DNA from: an uncultured Bacteroidales bacterium
GTDB taxonomy: Bacteria; Bacteroidota; Bacteroidia; Bacteroidales; Paludibacteraceae
Assembly: GCA_902798385.1 (NCBI GenBank)
Contig: CADBWK010000008.1
Coordinates: 13,723 to 77,722, forward strand
Length of the DNA: 64,000 nt
Direction: 5' to 3'
This document shows, one piece after another, positions 61,901-64,000 of this stretch (positions within the stretch are counted from its first letter, which is position 1; each line of letters starts with the position of its first letter). The notes under the pieces are model-generated. The model did no database searches, had not been told where the DNA came from, and saw only the letters and a program-made list of their open reading frames with translations. The translations under genes were made by a program, and so were the position numbers.

Positions 61901-64000
61901 GGTCTCGAAAAGGATCATGTCGTTCGCGCGGTTGTTAGCCACGGTCGGTTTGATCATCATATCGATGGTGAAGTCGGTCTCTGTCAGGTCGCGTTTTGCC
62001 TTGGTCGTCGCGGATGCTTTTCCGTCGAAATGGAGGGCCGTCGACGCCGCCAAACCGGTGGTATTGGTGATACCGGTGATCTGGAAGTTATTGTCTTCGT
62101 CCAGGTAGTTACCGGCTATCGGTTCGCTGAACCGCAGTTTGAGGTGATCGCCTACGCCGAGGATAGAGTTGGCCGGTTCGGGTTCGCCGAAGACAACCGG
62201 TACACGCGTATCTTTGATACCGGTCAATACCTTCGAAGCCTTCGTCAGATACGAGGTTCCGTACCGGCAGAACGATACGGCGCGCAGGTCATATTCCTGC
62301 TCCATCGGGTCGCGTTCGCCATAGAAAGCGATGTTCTCGATACGTCCCGCTTTCATCATCGCTTTGCTTCCGGATGCCTCTTTGTAATACGTGCTGTCCG
62401 CGTAGAACGAACAGAGGTTCACCCATCCGTCGTCGCTCTGTTTGGAGAGCTTGTACTGGAACTCGATATGGTCGAAGTTCGGGTGTTGAATATCGTATCC
62501 GTCAATCACTACCGGCAGGTACCAGCCTGTCGAGTCTTTGGGTGAGAGGGTGTTCATCACCCATTTGTCATGCGGCGTCGAGATATTGACATCGCAACTC
62601 GTCGGCAGGAAATGTACGCTGAACGATGCTTTCGCGAAGTTCAAGATATCGCATTGCGATCCTAACATGAGGGTGATGTTCTCGTAGTCATAGCCCTGTC
62701 CGGCATAGACCTCGAGCGTCTTATCGATCGTCTGTCCCGGGTTGAGTTTGATTGCTCTTACATCACCCGTCAGCGGGAAGCCGTCCATCATCACTTTCGC
62801 GCCATTCGGGTTAGATGCATCGACGAGCACGAGTTTGAATACTACGTAGCTCTCGAAGGTCTGCTGCGTCTCGTTGCTCAACCGTATCTTGATGATCGCC
62901 GGTTGGTCATGCGGCACATCGCTTACCTCGTGATTCAAGATATCAATCGTCGGATTCTCCAACTGCAGCGTTCCGGCCGATAGCGGTATCGGGTTACCTC
63001 CGCTGGTGTAGAAGTACGAATTTTCCGGTCCTTCCCACGGACACTTCGTCGCACCGCCGTTGAGCCGATAGACATACGAGCCGTACAAATGGGTATTTTT
63101 CTTGTAGTCGGTACCGACCGCATCTGCCATACCGCGGCCATCCGCCGTCGAGTCGTTGAAATGATTATCCTTCTCTATACGACGGAATACATCTACGTTC
63201 ATATAACTGTATTCATCCGGTTCGAGCACGAAGCCGGCCGTACGCGTATTGGATTTCGACTGATCCGGATTGCGGGCCATATCGATATCGAGTACAGGCG
63301 TGAATTTAAATTTAGTCGTCGCTCCCGGCATAGCGGTAGAGATTTCGGTAGGATCACCATTCTCCCCCCAGAACTGCGTAAGTTGAGCTATCTGTTGGGA
63401 CAATGCTGCTTCACCAAGTTCTTTCATCGTGGAGAAGAGGTGATTCGTCGCCGTGACATTACCGCTTAGATCCAAACCTTTGAAATAGAATACGCTGGAC
63501 GTAGTGGCATTATAACTCTCCGAATGACTCATCTTCACGCCGTTGCTCACGGAGTAGTTACCTACATGGTCCACGTTAGAACCAATCAGCACATTCAGTT
63601 TCTCTTTCTCGTTCTGTTTGATCAGGTCAATCCATTTAACGATCGTATTGTTATATTCCGCCACGCGGTCTATATTCACCCACTGCTTCTCATTTTGACC
63701 GGTAGGGATCACTTTCGTGTAGTTCGCGAGTGCGTAAGTAGTATCAGTCGGTATGACATGCGACCAATAAACCGGTTCCTTCCTTGCATCGGCAATCGCC
63801 TGAACCGTCGCGCGGTCACCGGTCACGAGCAACCCGTTACGCTCTTTCAACAACTGCGGTAATACGACTGTTAATATATAATCCTGTGAATAGATGAACG
63901 AACCGTTAACAGAGGACGACGCGGCTATCTCTTCACCGATAGCGAGGTAGTATTTAGTGCTATCCAGACTACGTCCTTCGGCTACCGTTGTGCGCTTACC
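58979..64000 (-). CDS. Giant secreted protein G4, C-terminal 1673 codons (gene continues beyond base 64000), with two LamG/concanavalin-like domains
   Basis: The frame stays open upstream of the track start (a TTG at 63853) through base 64000. LamG-like segments read LHFDGKASATT...MLEARVWTKALTLEEI and YSLKLDGEPVQL...GNIDEFVIFEQALPESLV. The C-terminal tail is IIENQHVIIIRNNEKYDVTGKKL, like that of G2. Confidence 0.88.
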   Translation of the reverse strand, partial: GKRTTVAEGRSLDSTKYYLAIGEEIAASSSVNGSFIYSQDYILTVVLPQLLKERNGLLVTGDRATVQAIADARKEPVYWSHVIPTDTTYALANYTKVIPTGQNEKQWVNIDRVAEYNNTIVKWIDLIKQNEKEKLNVLIGSNVDHVGNYSVSNGVKMSHSESYNATTSSVFYFKGLDLSGNVTATNHLFSTMKELGEAALSQQIAQLTQFWGENGDPTEISTAMPGATTKFKFTPVLDIDMARNPDQSKSNTRTAGFVLEPDEYSYMNVDVFRRIEKDNHFNDSTADGRGMADAVGTDYKKNTHLYGSYVYRLNGGATKCPWEGPENSYFYTSGGNPIPLSAGTLQLENPTIDILNHEVSDVPHDQPAIIKIRLSNETQQTFESYVVFKLVLVDASNPNGAKVMMDGFPLTGDVRAIKLNPGQTIDKTLEVYAGQGYDYENITLMLGSQCDILNFAKASFSVHFLPTSCDVNISTPHDKWVMNTLSPKDSTGWYLPVVIDGYDIQHPNFDHIEFQYKLSKQSDDGWVNLCSFYADSTYYKEASGSKAMMKAGRIENIAFYGERDPMEQEYDLRAVSFCRYGTSYLTKASKVLTGIKDTRVPVVFGEPEPANSILGVGDHLKLRFSEPIAGNYLDEDNNFQITGITNTTGLAASTALHFDGKASATTKAKRDLTETDFTIDMMIKPTVANNRANDMILFETGDAQVNKQLILTKDNILRLVKTNGKNFLASSSKKLDDLRAFTRVVCVSEKTGRTRFFVGTEEVTSANLGSSTNTDEATERSAYFQFGTTYDGDMLEARVWTKALTLEEISATANRTLTGYERELLAYYQMNEGKGETVTDQAHGATLYLDGCSWNKQKGYSLKLDGEPVQLNGNLLGRSKIYDLTMMLWFKAEKGGTLFHSNDLQLNVPDGYADGNWHHMVLTVSRTYNNAALFLDGKMVQTYDATQVGGLVGTMYLGGNGFKGNIDEFVIFEQALPESLVELYENNALTGDEMGLFAYLPFEEQYTNPNGIIEQRFSINDRRTFKDANGNVVNKVVPLLLDNGQWTMDNAPIKSHGVLNKLHFNWAFNNDELMINILNRDYEVNKQSIYVTVRDVEDLNGNPMSSPVTWTAFVDRNSLKWSTKKIVIKTEDQADADLTTNVDIINTGGKRHTYTIESLPSWLSVSTPYGSLDPMEEKTVRLTFNSQIAVGEYSDVLYLTDENGLSEPLTVEYVIEAIPPYDNLDEGKYPYNMSVCAKVEITHDGVVSFDTDERDIVYAIYHNECVGQANISFNAISNTTDVFLTVFGNDAMNSKPIRFLLWQASTGKTYGLTPNENVMFAHGYVYGCGNNEPLILSMNGSERQQIELQAGWNWVSTHLDLTATRGDVNTCMSAAKPWTEGDLIKNPNTRQFSTYNETNDVFTGTLTNLHHSQIYMVYAANANTMRVSGEILSEDSMKISVRGDGQWNPMPCMFDQRISITEALSDYYQHASAGDMIKAHNRFATFSKDKRWVGDLTAFQPGEGYLFRRMAPSSVEMKFFKPEMKVDSRKSIVESPSAFTNPQAATNMTMIAMINDGMSATASLNDVNDVLKVYVGDELAAVAEPIDSLYFLTIQSDRIGELRFEIDGQEYTPINAEGNKRVAIHYVSDAHHGSLLAPIVLKKDDNRPYKIIENQHVIIIRNNEKYDVTGKKL
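59392..59430 (-). repeat. In-frame tandem repeat (GGACTTTCGACTAT)x2.5 in G4
   Basis: atggactttcgactatggactttcgactatcgactttca encodes MKVDSRKSIVESP on the minus strand. Confidence 0.85.
60851..60878 (-). repeat. In-frame heptamer array (ATTGTCC)x4 in G4
   Basis: attgtccattgtccattgtccattgtcc encodes DNGQWTMDN on the minus strand. Confidence 0.9.

Noticed and set aside
1-64000. Mobile genetic element / genomic island call for the giant-gene region
   Set aside because: I found no integrase, transposase, relaxase or terminal inverted repeats. The only hints are compositional mosaicism and one tRNA-like fragment, which is not enough to call a mobile element.

Overview
This is a Bacteroidota (Bacteroidales-type) chromosomal segment. 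The lineage call rests on nine intergenic TTG-N-TAnnTTTG promoters, a type V (Mfa/FimA-like) pilus operon with a DUF3575 gene, T9SS-like C-terminal tails, and RseC-rnfBCDGEA and ftsK-lolA synteny. Housekeeping content: the rnf operon plus an RseC-like gene, tRNA-Ala(GGC), ftsK, a lolA-like gene, trxB, a UvrD/PcrA helicase, a split chromate transporter pair, udk, a CPA2-type antiporter, a small OM beta-barrel gene and a TamB-like gene whose C-terminus looks like an Omp85 barrel. About 57% of the window (36.3 of 64 kb) is five giant secreted-protein genes: G0 partial at 1-3248, G1 2728 aa, G2 about 3381 aa, G3 3234 aa, G4 partial over 1670 aa. G1 and G2 are paralogues. Each is translationally coupled through an ATGA overlap to a roughly 145-aa partner protein (S1, S2). 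S1 and S2 share a C-terminal PIGDTPWIL motif followed by a TM helix and a Lys cluster. A membrane-embedded AraC-type regulator with phased direct repeats lies between the two modules. G3 is the distal gene of the type V pilus operon. A second pervasive signal is a set of short tandem 7-11 nt word repeats, similar in kind to cyanobacterial STRR elements. They fill intergenic spacers and also sit in frame inside conserved genes (trxB twice, lolA-like, uvrD, tamB, G1, G4). I found no CRISPR array, transposase, integrase or recognisable defence genes. All calls come from reading the sequence and the ORF track, with family assignments from memory. No database searches were run.
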